Below, piece after piece: positions 1 through 13,242 of a stretch of DNA of 64,000 bases. Made by a program: the position numbers and the translations under genes. Source of the stretch: Eledone cirrhosa (taxonomy: Eukaryota); assembly GCA_964016885.1 (NCBI GenBank), contig OZ024740.1, forward strand, positions 144,832,001-144,896,000, in the 5' to 3' direction. Under the pieces are notes generated by a model. The model saw only the letters and a list, made by a program, of their open reading frames with translations. It made no database searches and was not told where the DNA came from. Position 1 is the stretch's first letter, and every line of letters begins with the position of its first letter.

Positions 1-261
1 TTAACCCTTCATTAATTAAATTGATATCTAGTCTATTTTTGATGAAATATTCTGTATATTATTTTAATTAAGAATTTAGAGGAATTTATTAAAATTATTA
101 TTTCATTATTAAGATAGTATTTGTAACATAAGTTAATAAAAAGTACTTATTATATAAAATTGTATTGGAAGATTATAATTTAATAGGAACCATTTAAAAT
201 GTGTGGTTTTGTTTCGTGCAACTAGGGGCAATTTCAGGGTGGTTGGTATCAAATTGTTTAA
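1..261. mobile_element. Possible degenerate TTAA-bounded (piggyBac-like) MITE
   Basis: Begins TTAACCCTT and ends GGTTGGTATCAAATTGTTTAA, a decayed version of an AAGGGTTAA end. AT-rich, non-coding interior. The right terminal repeat is poorly conserved. Confidence 0.3.
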
Positions 262-1740
262 GAATTAATATAATTTAACTATTCTGCTTAGTATGACAAT
301 TCTATACATTTTGACCAATTTCTATACATTTTGTCTTTTTGAAGAACTTTACTAATAATCGCTGCTGCAATGTGTTCTATTGAGTTAAGTTCTTCTGGTT
401 TAGCCAAATTGATTATTCTTAGATAAATTCTAAATATCTAATGAATTTCAGTGTCTTTATTGCTTTCTTACAAGTAGTCAAAGATAATATTATATTATTT
501 ACATTAAAAATATGGTATCTCTGTATTCCATAATATATTACCAAAAATGAATCCTAATTTTCTAACTAGAAATCTCTCTTATCAAATAACAATGTGATTA
601 GCTTTATCAATCAACTAAGTATAAGTCTGTTAAAGATCTTATCATTTAAAAAAAAAATCTTATTCTCCGTGAATTAATAATAATATTGCTTATTTCTTTT
701 TTATCTGTCTTTAGCTATTTCCATTTTATTTGTTTGCAAATAAGGGCTGTCTTAATACCATTTTCTTTTTTTCCAAACCAACATACAGGATTTCTTTTTC
801 AACCATATTTCTAACCCATTCTCTCTGCAGGTCTGCATTAATTCTATCATTTGTTATATACTACTGTTAAAGAATTTTATCCTTAAGCAGTTTATTATGA
901 AACAGGTTTTCTTTTTTATACTGGCAGAATCTTTATTGGAACCATTGTTGCATCTTTATTTTCTTAGCAGATATTATGTTGTCTTCCATCATTATTTTTC
1001 TATCTTAGATATGATGTTAAAATTGGCATGTTGTCTTATAGTACAAGCTACTTGAAACTATAGTCAAAGGTTTGATCCTTTCATTCCTGGTTAGCCCATA
1101 TTCATCATTTATCAATATGAATGGTATAGCGACAACATCCAAATGCACATTAATGTGAACTATATTGCTGCAACTTTGATCAGTGGAGTAGATACAATAG
1201 AAAAAATTATGTGATGTATGCTATGGTATGGTTTATCATTAAATGTTAAGCCAGTTGGTAAAATAAACAAACTTAAGCTTAAAGTGTTCTAAAAACAAAT
1301 CCAATTGTGTCAATGATTTATGTATTATGTTCATACCAAAATCTTTCAGCATTTGAAATTTCTGGTTGTAGTCATTTTAATTGCTCTTGCTTTTTCTGAA
1401 AATAATAGCAAACAAAAATGCCAATATAGATGTTGTAAGAGGTTTCATGTCCATACCTCAGAATTAGTTATTCATATTTAGCTATGTCTAAGCATTAGCT
1501 TTAACCAAGGAACTATGTTTCTATTGGTCTTTCCATTACTGATACTATTTGTCAATGGCAACTCCTGGCAGAAGTGTCACTGTCTTTGTTGTGACAGGAG
1601 GCGAGATTTCAACTCAGAATATACAGAACCAGTAAATTGGCAGTATCATTAGAGCATTGGATTAACTCGTCATATCTTGTAATGATTTAACATAAAATAT
1701 CTAAAGATGAATTTGTAATATCTTTACTGGTGGACAGATT

Positions 1741-1965
1741 GTGAAATTTTGCAATAGAGTAAAGACTTCAGTTTTTAATGCGGCGCGGTCAGATTGCTGT
1801 TTTGTACTTTTCAAGAATGTCTTGCTAATGCGGTTTTGTGTGATACAGGATATTAAGAGACAAGTGTCTTGTTATTTATTCCGGCTCTTAATACTTCAAA
1901 TCCTGTTGAGGTTAACTTTGCCTTTCATCTTTTCAGTGTTGATAAATAAAGTACCAGTTGAGGGA
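1741..1965 (+). mobile_element. Degenerate tRNA-derived SINE copy
   Basis: TTCAAATCC...GAGGTTAACTTTGCCTTTCATC...GATAAATAAAGTACCAGT matches the SINE core at 20256-20440. A related, more decayed copy lies at about 2588-2800 (shared GTACTTTTCAAGAATGTCTTG...ACAGGATATTAAGAG). Confidence 0.6.
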
Positions 1966-3719
1966 TAGGGGATTAGCAGGATGTTTTGCAGTATCTGATC
2001 TGGCTCAGTGGATTCTGAGTTCAAATCCCACCTCCTCATGTAAAGAGTTGTGACTGGCAGAGCATCAGAAATGGAAAGACTAATAGAAACATATTTTCCT
2101 TGGTTTGATTTGACAACTGACTCCTTTAATGGGAGTCTAGCTCCATTTCTAACATAGCTGCTAGACTATAATGTTTTTGATCCTAGAGTGATGAAATGGT
2201 AGTACAACCTCAATGGGATTTGAATTGAACACATAAAAAGATGAAACATATAGTCCAATTCTGTACCATTTCTACTAATTGACAACTTCATATCAGCAAC
2301 ATTATTTGTAATTAAACGTTTGAAAGTTTCTGGTTTGAACAAAAGCTGGTATATAGTTTGTTGTTTGTGAGTGGTTCTTTTAAGCTTTAAGGCAATTTAT
2401 TAATTTGATTATTTTAGGAGAGTTATGTTTCTGCAACAATGCATGCATTATTTTTAGATGCTACCCATTCAGGAAAGTAGCTAGGTATTTTAACTCTTAA
2501 CATCCTGTAATGAATCAGCAGGAAATATTTAAAAATAAGTTTGTTCATTCAAATGTTTATAGTACTTTTACTAGTGATGAAATCATGATGAAAATTTACA
2601 GTAAAGATTTCAATTTTTAATGTGATATAGTACTTTTCAAGAATGTCTTGATAATGTAGTTTATGTGGTACAGGATATTAAGAGTTAAAAAATCAAAATA
2701 GTAATAGGAAATAAATAACTGATATGAACAAGTTTGCCATTCAAATTCTATGAAAATTTACCTTTATTTTTTTGTGGTGATAAGTAATTTTAGTATACTG
2801 GGGTTTCTTTTCACAGTAAGCAATTTTATCAGCATTTATTCTTTTGAGTAACTTTCAAAGAATTTCATTAACATGATCTTGAGTAAAAGTAATGGTCCAT
2901 GCTGAGTAAAAAGGCTTGTCAACCTTTGATTGGTCTTATGAGAGACAGCAAACTTGTACTTGAAAACCAAAAATTCAGTATTATCTTAGAAAATTTCCTA
3001 AATATTTGTGAATATAAAATTAGACATCTGATATCTTGAATAGAAATTCTTGTTTCATGAAAATTCCAGCACATACTTTTTTTTTTTTACTTTGAAATAT
3101 ATTTTATCATTTCAGTTTACAAAGTTTAATGAATATTTTCTTACACAATTATGATAAATATGAATTAGACTTTTCCTAATCAGATACATCCCTCAATGTA
3201 TAAATAGTCACATTGGAAATTTTCTCCAGGGTATACTCCTACATTGCTAGAGAATGAAAAACATCAGCTATAAATATTTCAGCATTTCTCACATCAATAA
3301 CCCATAACTCTTTTATGCTATTTATTTACAATGTGCTGCTAAGGCTTCAGTGTCTTAAAGTAGTATGAGTAAGGGGATACACACAGTTGTACAGTAGGTC
3401 AATTCACCTAAATGTGGTTGATTTATACTGTACATATTTTAATTGAATAATTGAACTGAGCATTTTAATTAATTGAAAACTTTTTTTTCAATTAATGAGG
3501 AGGTATGAAAATGTATTTTTATTTGTTTACTTTTGCAGCATGTCTTTTAATATAAATATTGTTGGTATATCTAAGATTTCATGCACACATACACCGTATA
3601 TACTCATAGACAAGTAACACCTGCCTTGTGTTTATAATATTTTGGCTTCAGTTTTTGACCTGTATATAAGTCACATGTTTCTTTTTGTAAATATTTTTTG
3701 GCAAATTCACTTGAAGTAG

Positions 3720-4270
3720 TCATCATTTAATGTCCCTTCTTGCTAGCAAGGGTTATATGGGTCATCACAGACTAAATTTGTACTTGGAGCTACTGACCTC
3801 CCAGGGGCCAACATATCCCTTAAATATGTTCCCACAATATACAGAGTGCATTGGGTGCATTTTATCATGGCACCAGCACCCAAGAGGTTGTCATGCCTTC
3901 AACCCAGCTAAAGAGTCCTCCCAATCCTTTAGTTGGCAGATTTTCTACTGCTGGGTGCCTTGTCACCAACACTAGAGAGGTTGTCATGTCCTTGACACAG
4001 CTGATGAGTCCTCTTGACTCTTTTTGGCTTGGTTTCTACAGTTGAATGCTGTTCCTATCACCAATCAGTTGTACTGAGTGCATTTTCATGGCACCAGCAC
4101 TTGAGAGGTGGTGGTGTCATACCCGGAGAACCTTTTTAGCTTGGTTTCTATGACTTGAAGCACTTCCTAGCTCCAACCACTTTACATGGTGTACTGGGTG
4201 CATTTTATTGTAGTAAAAAGACCAGGAAGGCTGCTGGTCTTGACTCGACTTAAGAGCCTTCCTTACTCTG
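3720..4270 (-). mobile_element. 3'-UTR fragment of RTE LINE family with internally reiterated motif
   Basis: Begins with TCATCATTTAATGTCC, like 5830 (reverse of a (GAT)n tail). Contains several copies of GTACTGGGTGCATTTT..TGGCACCAGCAC..GAGGTTGTCATG, shared with 5930-6290. Confidence 0.55.
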
Positions 4271-5284
4271 ACATAGGAAAGGGGCAAGTAGTGATTAGAT
4301 TAAAAAAAAAAAGCATTTGATTAAAATAATCAGTTATTGCCAGTACAGTGTAGCAAATTTCATATCACTAGATATCATATCTGTGCCCAACATAACCAGA
4401 TTAGCTGGTGCATTTAAATTGCTACTACAAGATTACTGACACTATGTGCCTGCCATCTAATGGGTGTTAAGACTACAGGTGGTCAATAGAAAACTGCATT
4501 TATGCTTCAAACATGCGGATGTCATTTTGTTATCGCACAAGACATCATCAATGTATGCTTGTTTACAATACTGATATTCATGTAGAGTGAATATTGAAAT
4601 GACCAATCTGCCCTATACACTTAATCATTTTCCTCTCTGAATGTGTGTATACTGTGTCATCATTTCGAGCTTGATAACTAAAGTAGCAGTTTAGTACTGA
4701 GGCTGATTCTTTCTCTATATCTCTTTCTCACTTCCTCTCTCTACTTCTTTGGAAGAAATTGACTGTGTTCAGATCTGCAGTGGGATGGGCTCTGCCAGGT
4801 TTTGAATGTCCCCAAAATGCTGTATGTCACAACAATGCCCCTACAACTCCATTAAGAATTACGGGTTCATACATATGTATCTATGCATGTGGGTTAGTAC
4901 ATGCTGCAAATTTCAAGCCCAGAGCATGGTTCAATAAATAAGGTGCATGTCATTACAGTCTTGCTAGTATTTATATTTTTCCAGTTTTAATGTATAAAAT
5001 GCTACCTCATCTGAGACGTGAAATACCATGCTACCTTTGTAAGATGTTTCAAATACCATTGCTGCAAAAATATGGTTATGATGGCATTACATGGTTAGAG
5101 TTATGCTGCATTAGAATTGAAGCATAATGACTGCAATTGTTATATTGATAATATGGCCATTACATTGTGCAAAGCAAATAACTCTACTTAACTTATTCTA
5201 GCTGGATGACAACATATTGTATGCATAATTTACAGTTGTATGGATGCAGCATGACCAAATAGTTAAGAGGCTCCCTATGCAATC

Positions 5285-5540
5285 AATAAGTCCTGTATTT
5301 GATCTCATTGTGTGGCATCTTTGGCAAGTGTCATTTACCTTATTTAGCCTTGGGATGACATGAAACAGGGTAGTAATTCTAAAGGCCAGCCTTGACACAA
5401 ACTGTGTCATGCTGAATCTCACTGAGAATTACATCAAGGGTACATGTGTCTATGGAATACTCAACCACATAGACACATGTGGAAGCTGTTCTGTTGATCA
5501 AACAACTTAAATACTCTTTGTCAAAAACTCATAGAGGTGT
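5285..5540 (+). mobile_element. Old SINE-like fragment(s)
   Basis: CTTTGGCAAGTGTCATTTACC...AGCCTTGGG resembles a CORE-type SINE segment. Heavily decayed. Confidence 0.3.
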
Positions 5541-5829
5541 ATCAATTCATAGTTGTGTTATGACCAGTAGGTAAGATAAAATGCTGTGAAAACCATTATC
5601 CAAAAATTAAGATTTAGTTACCAAAAAACATAAATTTTGGAAGTCAACATGATTGAAGAGTCAACTTAGTCTTAAAAGGATATAAGATAAATTAAGAAAT
5701 TAGAAAAAATATGTAATAATAGGAGTAAAACAAAAAACTGTTCATAGACGAAAAAGAGAGATTTGTTGTAAAATAGGGTTAATTCTTACAGGTTGCTTAT
5801 TTTCAAGATTTTCTTAATAGCATCTATCT

Positions 5830-7010
5830 ATTATCATCATTTTATGTCCATCTCCCATGCTGGATAAGTTGTCATGGTTCGAGTCTAGACAGGTCAGAGA
5901 GACCTCATCATGCTTATAGGTTCCATATTTGGAATAGTTTGTATAGTTGGATGGCATTTCTAACACTAATCACTTTATAGTATATACTGGTTGTATTTTA
6001 TTGTGGCACCAGCACTACTACTTTCCCAGAGTGTACTAGGTGCACTTATTTGTGGCACCAGAACTAATGCTTTACAGAGTGTACTGGGTGCATTTATTTG
6101 TGACACCAGCACTTGAGAAGTTGTCATATGCTCAGCCAGACAAAAGAGTCCCCTCTACTCTGTATTCTGTCTGATTGCCAACCATATTAGAGTGTACTGG
6201 GTGCATTCTATCATGACACCAGAGTTGTCTTGATGTGTTTACTCAGCACTTTACAGAGGTAGGGTATTGAGTGTGCTTTGTTGTGGCTCATATCATCTCA
6301 TCCACAGCAGGCTTAGGGACCTCTCCGTTTCCCCCAGCATATTTACTTCTAGAGTCGCAGTGTTTATACTTGTGGGTAAGTCCTTTGTAGTACAGCAAAT
6401 TGTCAATCAACTCAATTCTTTGTCATCTCCTTTGTGAGGTTCAGTTTCTGGAAGTCATTCTTCATAATTTCGTTCCATGTCTTCCTTGGTCTCCCTTTTC
6501 CACAACTTCCATCTACTCCAAGTGCCCTGTACTTCTTTATATAATTTTCTTTCCTAATGCATCACATGCCTATACCAGTGCATTGTCTCTCTTGCACACT
6601 ACATTCAATTCCATTTATATTTTTTGTTTTCCACTCAGTCCACTAGTGTTCTGTCATTCTTATATGATATTACATGCATATCTCATTTCCTTTAAGCCAC
6701 TGCCTTATTGCTATGTAGCATAGCAGCTCACACACAAACATCATATGTGTCCTTAACTTGGAGAGAGAGGTCTTTTGTTGCCAGCAGAGGTAATACCGCC
6801 CTAAGCTTCTTCCAATATGTTCTTACTCTGGCTATAACACTTTCGTTGCGTCCACCTCCACTGCTAATGAGAACACCTAGATAGCAAAGGCTTTCTACTA
6901 CTAGTTAAAATTCTGAACATTTGATGGAGTTAGTTTCTTGAGTACCCTTGCTATTGACTACTCCTGTGCACCTGTCACATATGAAGTCTACTTTCTCTGT
7001 CAACCTATTT
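5830..7010 (-). mobile_element. 5'-truncated, decayed RTE-clade LINE (ORF C-terminus plus 3' UTR)
   Basis: Minus-strand translation gives FCYLGVLISSGGGRNESVIARVRTYWKKLRAVLPLL (about 6780-6890) and VDGSCGKGRPRKTWNEIMKNDFQKLNLTKEMTK (about 6420-6520), both RTE post-RT motifs. The 3' end has a (GAT)n-like tail at about 5830. Confidence 0.75.
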
Positions 7011-8299
7011 GTGATATATAGTACACACACATACATACATATATATATATGTAGATAAAATTAGTTAATCTAAATCATATTTTTCTTTTATGTAAAAACA
7101 TACACACTTCAAAAATTTCAGGGAGAAATATTAGAAACTGTAGATAAGCAAAAAAGCTATCCTGAGCAGAATTTTTATTTTGTATTTAATTAACAGGAAT
7201 CTAATACATTTTAAAGATGATTTTGAACAATTAATTTTAAGTTTGAATTTGCTCATTTAACAAATTTACTTCTTTAGAAAAGAAATAAAAATTTATTAAT
7301 TTAATCTAAAAGTCACTATTTTTTTTTTTTTTGTTTTTTCCACTCAAGGGATCATCAACATCATCATTATCATCATTTAACTTCTGTTTTCTCTGTGCTT
7401 GAATAACTGCAGAAAAGTAATACTGTTATTTATATATATATTTAAACCTACATTTAAATAATCCATTAAAATACAAAGCAGTGTGGGAGCCTATATAGAA
7501 ACATATATACGTAGAGAGAGAGAGAGAAGTATTTAATATTCTATAATGCTCCTGCTTGTACCATTTATACATGTTGAATGCTTCATTTTATCTGCATCAC
7601 AGCCGACCGACTAGAGTGTGGATTGCACATCCCTGGTCAGTTAGCTCCATATTAAAATAATATATATGTATTATAAAATATATATATGTATGCGACCGAT
7701 AGATAGTATTAACAATTGGAAAGACCAACGGAAACATTGTTTCCTTGGTCCGATTTGACGAAAGTTGATTGTTCCAAAAATATGTATGTATGTATACATG
7801 TATAATATATATTTACACACCCAAAAAGAGAAAAAAGTAGATTAAGTTACATCATTTATTAATCCCTGCATGTTTCCACGGGAAAACTTGCTTGACAGAT
7901 TGCATAACATACAATATGTGGTGCAAAGTCTAACCTCACTTCAGGGTATATTAACAAAACAATAATGGTTACAAAAATAGAAGAGATGAAGCAGATTAGG
8001 ATGGGGAGGTAGTGTGCAGTAATTAGAGCTTTATGTTCAACTATTGGTGAGTTAAATTAGTAAGCATGGCTATTTCATATTTCTTTCAACCTAGGTAGTG
8101 AAAGGATAGGCCAAAGACTTGCATGTGGTTATTAATCATTTCAACACATCTATCAGCTGGGCTGCTAAAAGGTTGTATGAGGACAGACAGATCTTTATTC
8201 TGAGGATTACATGTAATAGAGGAAATTTTCACTATGCCTGTAGTCATAAAAGGCAGGCAAAGGGTTTATTTTTAGTCACCTGTTATTGTGATGGCTTGT

Positions 8300-8542
8300 G
8301 TACTGGATTTCTGGATTGGCTGGTGTGTTGTTTTCTTGAGCAAAACACTTAATTTCATGTTGCTCCAGTACACTTAGCTGAAAATGAGTATCAGCAGTAG
8401 TTAGGGGTTAATCCAGCGATAGACTGGCATCCTATCTGGGGAAGATGTTCTATTCTGGGTCGTTTAATACCAATGAAATCGGGATAAGCCCCAGTCTGAT
8501 GAGCCTTTGGGCTTGGAACAGATTTTAACTTTTTAAAACTTT
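8300..8542 (+). mobile_element. SINE of a second family (CORE/V-domain-like)
   Basis: TTCTTGAGCAAAACACTT followed by CCAGCGATAGACTGGCATCCTATCTGGGG (V-SINE-like) and a CTGATGAGCCTTTGGGCT...AACTTT tail. Confidence 0.5.
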
Positions 8543-9092
8543 AATTGTAATGAAATGAACCAAGATAAATTAACAAAGATAAACAATCAGAAATATGAGT
8601 TCCCAACCATTTAGGAGAATTTCAGTATTAGACAATAAGAAAAAAACAAGAATACAAATAAAAACAGAAACATACTAATCAAGTTAAAATCTATACATTA
8701 GATCAATATTGAAGCCCAAATCAGTCATTGAAGTGTATATCTACAGCATGATACTTGATATAGGTTAAGGTGACAAAATATTTAAATACAATAATACACT
8801 AATAATACTGTCGAGTTGAACCCATAAGCTGATGTGAATTACGTTAATGTAAATAATTTGATTATCTGTCATAGTACAAGTAATCAACATGTTCATCTTA
8901 AACAATTGTCAACATTAAGCCTGCTCAAAAGATAAAGAATAATGAAAAGAACATTACCTGGATCGCTGTCACTGCCCTTAAAGCGTTCATCCTCTAAAAC
9001 ACTATTAAGACTTGATAAAAGCCCCCTCACTTCATTTCCCTAGCCGTTCATAGTAACCTTGCAGATATACATACATACACACACACATACAT

Positions 9093-9479
9093 GATGAGGG
9101 ATGCATGGTTGACCATGTTGAAAGTCAACTGGAGGTCGATGATGTGGAACTACCGAGATCTTTCAATAATGAGATGAAGGGCAGAAATGTGGTCTGCGGT
9201 AGATCGATTTGGTATGAATCTGGCTTGTGCTGATACGAACATGTTCTCTGCTTGCTGCCAGATCATTCAATGCAGCTGGAAGAGACCCCACACCAGATGG
9301 CTGGATGCCATCCAGGAAGATCTCCAGAGGCTTGATGTCACTTTGGAGGCTGCAGAGAGGATGACACGGGACCCCAGTGATGGAGGCCACTACTTTACCT
9401 GGTCAGCTCTATGCATGATGATGCCTCTCCTCTGGATCACTGACCTAAGATGACCCCCAGTCTCATCGAGCAAGAAGAA
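9093..9479 (+). mobile_element. RTE-like LINE 3' fragment
   Basis: ORF 9187-9453 contains KRPHTRWLDAIQEDLQRL...AERMTRD, the RTE C-terminal motif. Ends CAAGAAGAA and is flanked by CATA/TA microsatellites. Confidence 0.65.
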
Positions 9480-10839
9480 TATATATGTATATGCTAGATA
9501 GCGCTAGCCATCAGGCTTTCCAAATGTTTATTTATTAAACATACTGTATATCATTAGATACATAAAATTTACATACTTGTATGTATACAGCTATGTTGGA
9601 GCTAAAATTTTAATTCTACTTTCAAGTTGAGTTAACTTACACAGCTCCATATGCAAATGAGGCTAATCGGCCCATCTACACAGGTGAACAAATTATGTTT
9701 TCACCTGTTTCAAGTTTCAGCAGAGGCCAGGGGAAGCACTGTCTTGATGATAGCCAGAGCCTGAAATGTACATAAACAGTTGTCCCTCACTGCTTCTGCT
9801 GGAATCCGCTAGAGTGCGCTAGCCATCAGCCTTTCAATATTCAGGGCTAACAGATGCCACACAGTCACATAGTAGGATTGAACCTGAGAACTTGTGCTTG
9901 TGAAATGAACTTCTTAACCACTCAACCATCACTGCATTCACTATTCTTTATTAGTATATGTATTATATAGAGAGAAGAAATGAGGTTTTCTTTTCTTCAT
10001 AAGTACACAATCGTATAGGTTTGATAATTCAAACAATTTTTAAGAGCTGATAAATAAAATATAACATAAAAGTGTGTGTATGTGTGTCATGTGTACACAT
10101 GTAGTTGTAGGTCTATATTCATTCTAGGAAACTTAAATGGAGAATCTGTAGAATGTTTCACCGATCTTCACTGTATAGCTAATCAATTAGATTTTGAGGA
10201 TGCAAATTAGGGTGGTATATTCTTTCTCAGAAAACCTGTAATTTCCAGGCTTTTATTCAAATCTCTAGTTACACAGCCCACTTCACCTTTAATAAGAGGT
10301 CTGCCCAAGGCCAACATTGGTGGTCTTCTCAGTCAGGATGAGCTCTGCATTTCCATTGCACTTCGAGTGGGAGCTGATCTCTGTGGAGGGTCTGAGATGT
10401 TGCTGCAGTAGGTCCCTCGACTCCACAAGCTTACATGGTTTGACCTGCCGCCTGCATGCTGATCGATTCACCCGCCACAGAATTAAACAACCTATAATCA
10501 GAATTCAAGAACTGTAAGTTCTACACTAATTAACCGTAAATATTTTAATTTTGTCCAAATCATAGTACGGGAAGCTGCTTAATGTCCACGCAGCATGATT
10601 AAATAGAAAACATGGAATATTCACAATGGTTGCCAGGAGTAAACAGGGGAGGCAACTCATCGTGGTTATTCTTTTTAAGGAACACGAAAACCGATTTTAT
10701 AACACGCACATAACCGCACATATATGTCTGTACGTGTGTGCTAGTATATGTCCCGTTGTTTTATGAACGGAATAAATAAATTGAAGAAATGTAACAGAAA
10801 TTGGAAATAAAATAGTCGTTTAATAAAACATCAATTTTA

Positions 10840-11022
10840 CGGGCAAAACCAAACCCACATGGGGTAGACCTAAAGCAAGATGGTTGGATAACATCCATGA
10901 GCTCGCTTGGGGATTAAGACAGATCAATTGAAGGCGGTTGCTTCTGACAGAACACGCTGGAAGGGGTACTTGAGACCACGGCTCCCCTGATCCTTTCAGA
11001 AATAAGTAGGCGAAGAAGAGAA
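10840..11022 (+). mobile_element. RTE-like LINE 3' fragment
   Basis: Plus-strand translation gives WGRPKARWLDNIHEL and, after a frameshift, LKAVASDRTRWKG. Ends GAAGAAGAGAAG. Confidence 0.6.
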
Positions 11023-11308
11023 GTTTAATAAAGCAAAATATATATAACGTTATATATATTTTTATAGTTTTCTGAACAATATTATATGCATGCTTCCTTC
11101 TACAATCAAAATTTGTTAATTGGGACAATCTCTTTAAGACAATATTTTTGTATATTATCTCTTTTCATGCTGGGGTCACCTGGAATGAGGGACCGTCCCT
11201 GCTTGACGTGTTTTTTTAGGGCTCCGCATAAGTCAGCAGCAACATAAGCAACACATACAACCATGTGCAACTACTCACCATGAGTGACTAACCATCAAAA
11301 ACAAGAAA

Positions 11309-13240
11309 TCAATAATTGAAATATTTACATAAATGGGCCTTACAAACTGTAGTAAGAAGCATCTCCACTCGTGACCAGACTGAATCTCCCTTCGTGATGC
11401 TTACCCGTTTCGCATCTGGCCAGAGAACATAGCAAAACTCACACACTCCTTCGCACCAGTTATTATAGGACGTCCACACTCTGCCGCACCACATGGATCA
11501 AGAGAGAGACTCAGCCAGCACTTCTGATATGACGTCACTGACCCCTCACTTCCGAGTCCTTAGGTCCACACGCCCACCTGATCTCAAGGCTCAATCACCC
11601 CATCATCTCACTCCATGCCAAAGTCCGTCATCCATTTGGGTGGTACTGACTCCCAACCAACCGAGGCAACATATTGTACCAGAGCACCCTCCCTTCAGCA
11701 CGGCGTCCAATTTGGTCACGTTGATGTGGTTGCAGACCTCCTTCCTAAACCAGGCTGCATCCTCGACCTCGACACCCCCGATTTCCAAGTTGACCCCTAA
11801 CGCTATGCTGCTGGTGTCACACCATACGGTCTCATTCTCCAATTTGGATACATGCCAGTTTCCTCTAACTGGGTCCTCTGCCTTTACCCCCTCCATGATC
11901 TCCCGCATCATGGCCACGGTCTTCTCTCCCACTCTGTCTACCCAGCTCTCCCTGTCTGCTCGTCTCTTCACATAGCTGCATACTGTTGGGAGCCACCCCG
12001 TGATTGGATAATGACCCAACAATTTCCCACACATCAAGAAACGTTCTCGTCTGTCCCCCTCCGAAATACCTGTGTGCCCGTCTTGTCTCTTTGTAACCTT
12101 ATACCTAACCAACTGTTACTGTCACAGTTTCTCAGCTATATGTAGCTGCAGATATGCCGACTTTAAGTCAACAATAGTTGAGGCCTCCGTCATTTATCTC
12201 TACTCTTGTAAGGTTTCCCTGCAGACATATGTAACCTCACCACCTGTGTGGTACGAAACGTGTTCACAAAAGTCCGGCACCGCCTAACCTTGTTCTCTGT
12301 TGGCTGCACTACTGCCATTAGCAGCAACACTCCCCTCTTTATCTCCTCCTTCCAAGGGATTAATATAGCCTCCTCGATCCATCTTTGCACTTCTCCCTCA
12401 AACTCACTCCTAGCATCCCCTTTTAGGATATGCTGATAGCAATTCAGTCTGTTCTTCAACGCTGGGGGCTCTCATTTCCAGTACCACACAACTATCCACC
12501 ACTGACCGTCGAACACAGTTGGGAAATCTTTATCTTGAATGGTATTGACAGCACATTTTTCAATATGGCTCTCCCTGTTCTCTTGTTGCACACTCACGGC
12601 ACATAGTGTTCCCGTGCGACCAAACGTTACCCCACCTAAGCGGCCAATTGCATTCATGCCCATTACGACATCAATTCCATCCACCATGTGGTCGATCATG
12701 ATTGCTCGCAGCTTTATTTTCGTTCCTCGTACCGCCATCTTCAACTCACTGCTACCTGTGCATCTAATTTATCTGCCATCGACTGCCCTTACACTACTCA
12801 TCCTGCTCCACTGTTTAACCACTTCTGGGGTGATTAAGATCGTTGTGCAACCTGTGTCCATAAGGGCTCTTAACAGTTCCCCTCCCTCACCAGAACCTCC
12901 ACTTTGGGCTGAGACTGCCACACATTCTACTCACTTCCAGGGGTAGCTACCGGTGCAGTAACCCCCCTTTGACCGTTTGCCTGGTCACAATTGTTGGAAA
13001 TGTGGTCTGCCCGCTTACATCGATAGCAAATTATTTCAGGCTTCGGCTCCTTGCAGTCCCTTGCTATGTGTGAACCATGACACATGAAGCATTGGTCTTT
13101 GACTGCCCGTGACTGAGCATTCACTGGGGCTCTTCTCTCCTCATCGTTCGTCGATCGCTGTAGATTGCCGTGGGCTTCCATTGCTGCTAATGCTACAACA
13201 TTCCGCTCTACACCTCGTGTCACCACACGGGCCTGTGTGA
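11309..13240 (-). mobile_element. Decayed LTR retrotransposon internal region (gag zinc knuckles, protease, partial RT, RNase H), Gypsy-like domain order
   Basis: Two CCHC knuckles (CFMCHGSHIARDC, CYRCKRADHISNNC). Aspartic protease motif ALMDTGCTTILI at about 12835-12870. RT N-terminus (EVQRWIEEAILIP...KVR; VDLKSAYLQL at about 12145-12175). RNase H motifs WCDTSSIALGV...HINVTKLDAV. Many frameshifts and deletions; no LTRs identified. Confidence 0.8.
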
Positions 13241-13242
13241 TC

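Noticed and set aside
1-10. Telomeric repeat (TAACCC)
   Set aside because: Single occurrence, not tandem.
1741-8352. Short ORFs of 60-107 aa
   Set aside because: No recognisable domains. They overlap SINEs, lie antisense to LINE relics, or are low-complexity.
8958-9040. Possible minus-strand exon (GNEVRGLLSSLNSVLEDERFKGSDSDP) ending at CAG|GTAATG
   Set aside because: The donor is plausible, but there is no polypyrimidine acceptor, no partner exons and no recognisable protein.
10289-10517. GC-richer segment with overlapping short ORFs
   Set aside because: No motif I can recognise. Probably an unclassified repeat fragment.
11493-12946. Plus-strand ORFs of 60-160 aa
   Set aside because: They are antisense shadows of the minus-strand LTR retrotransposon pol region.
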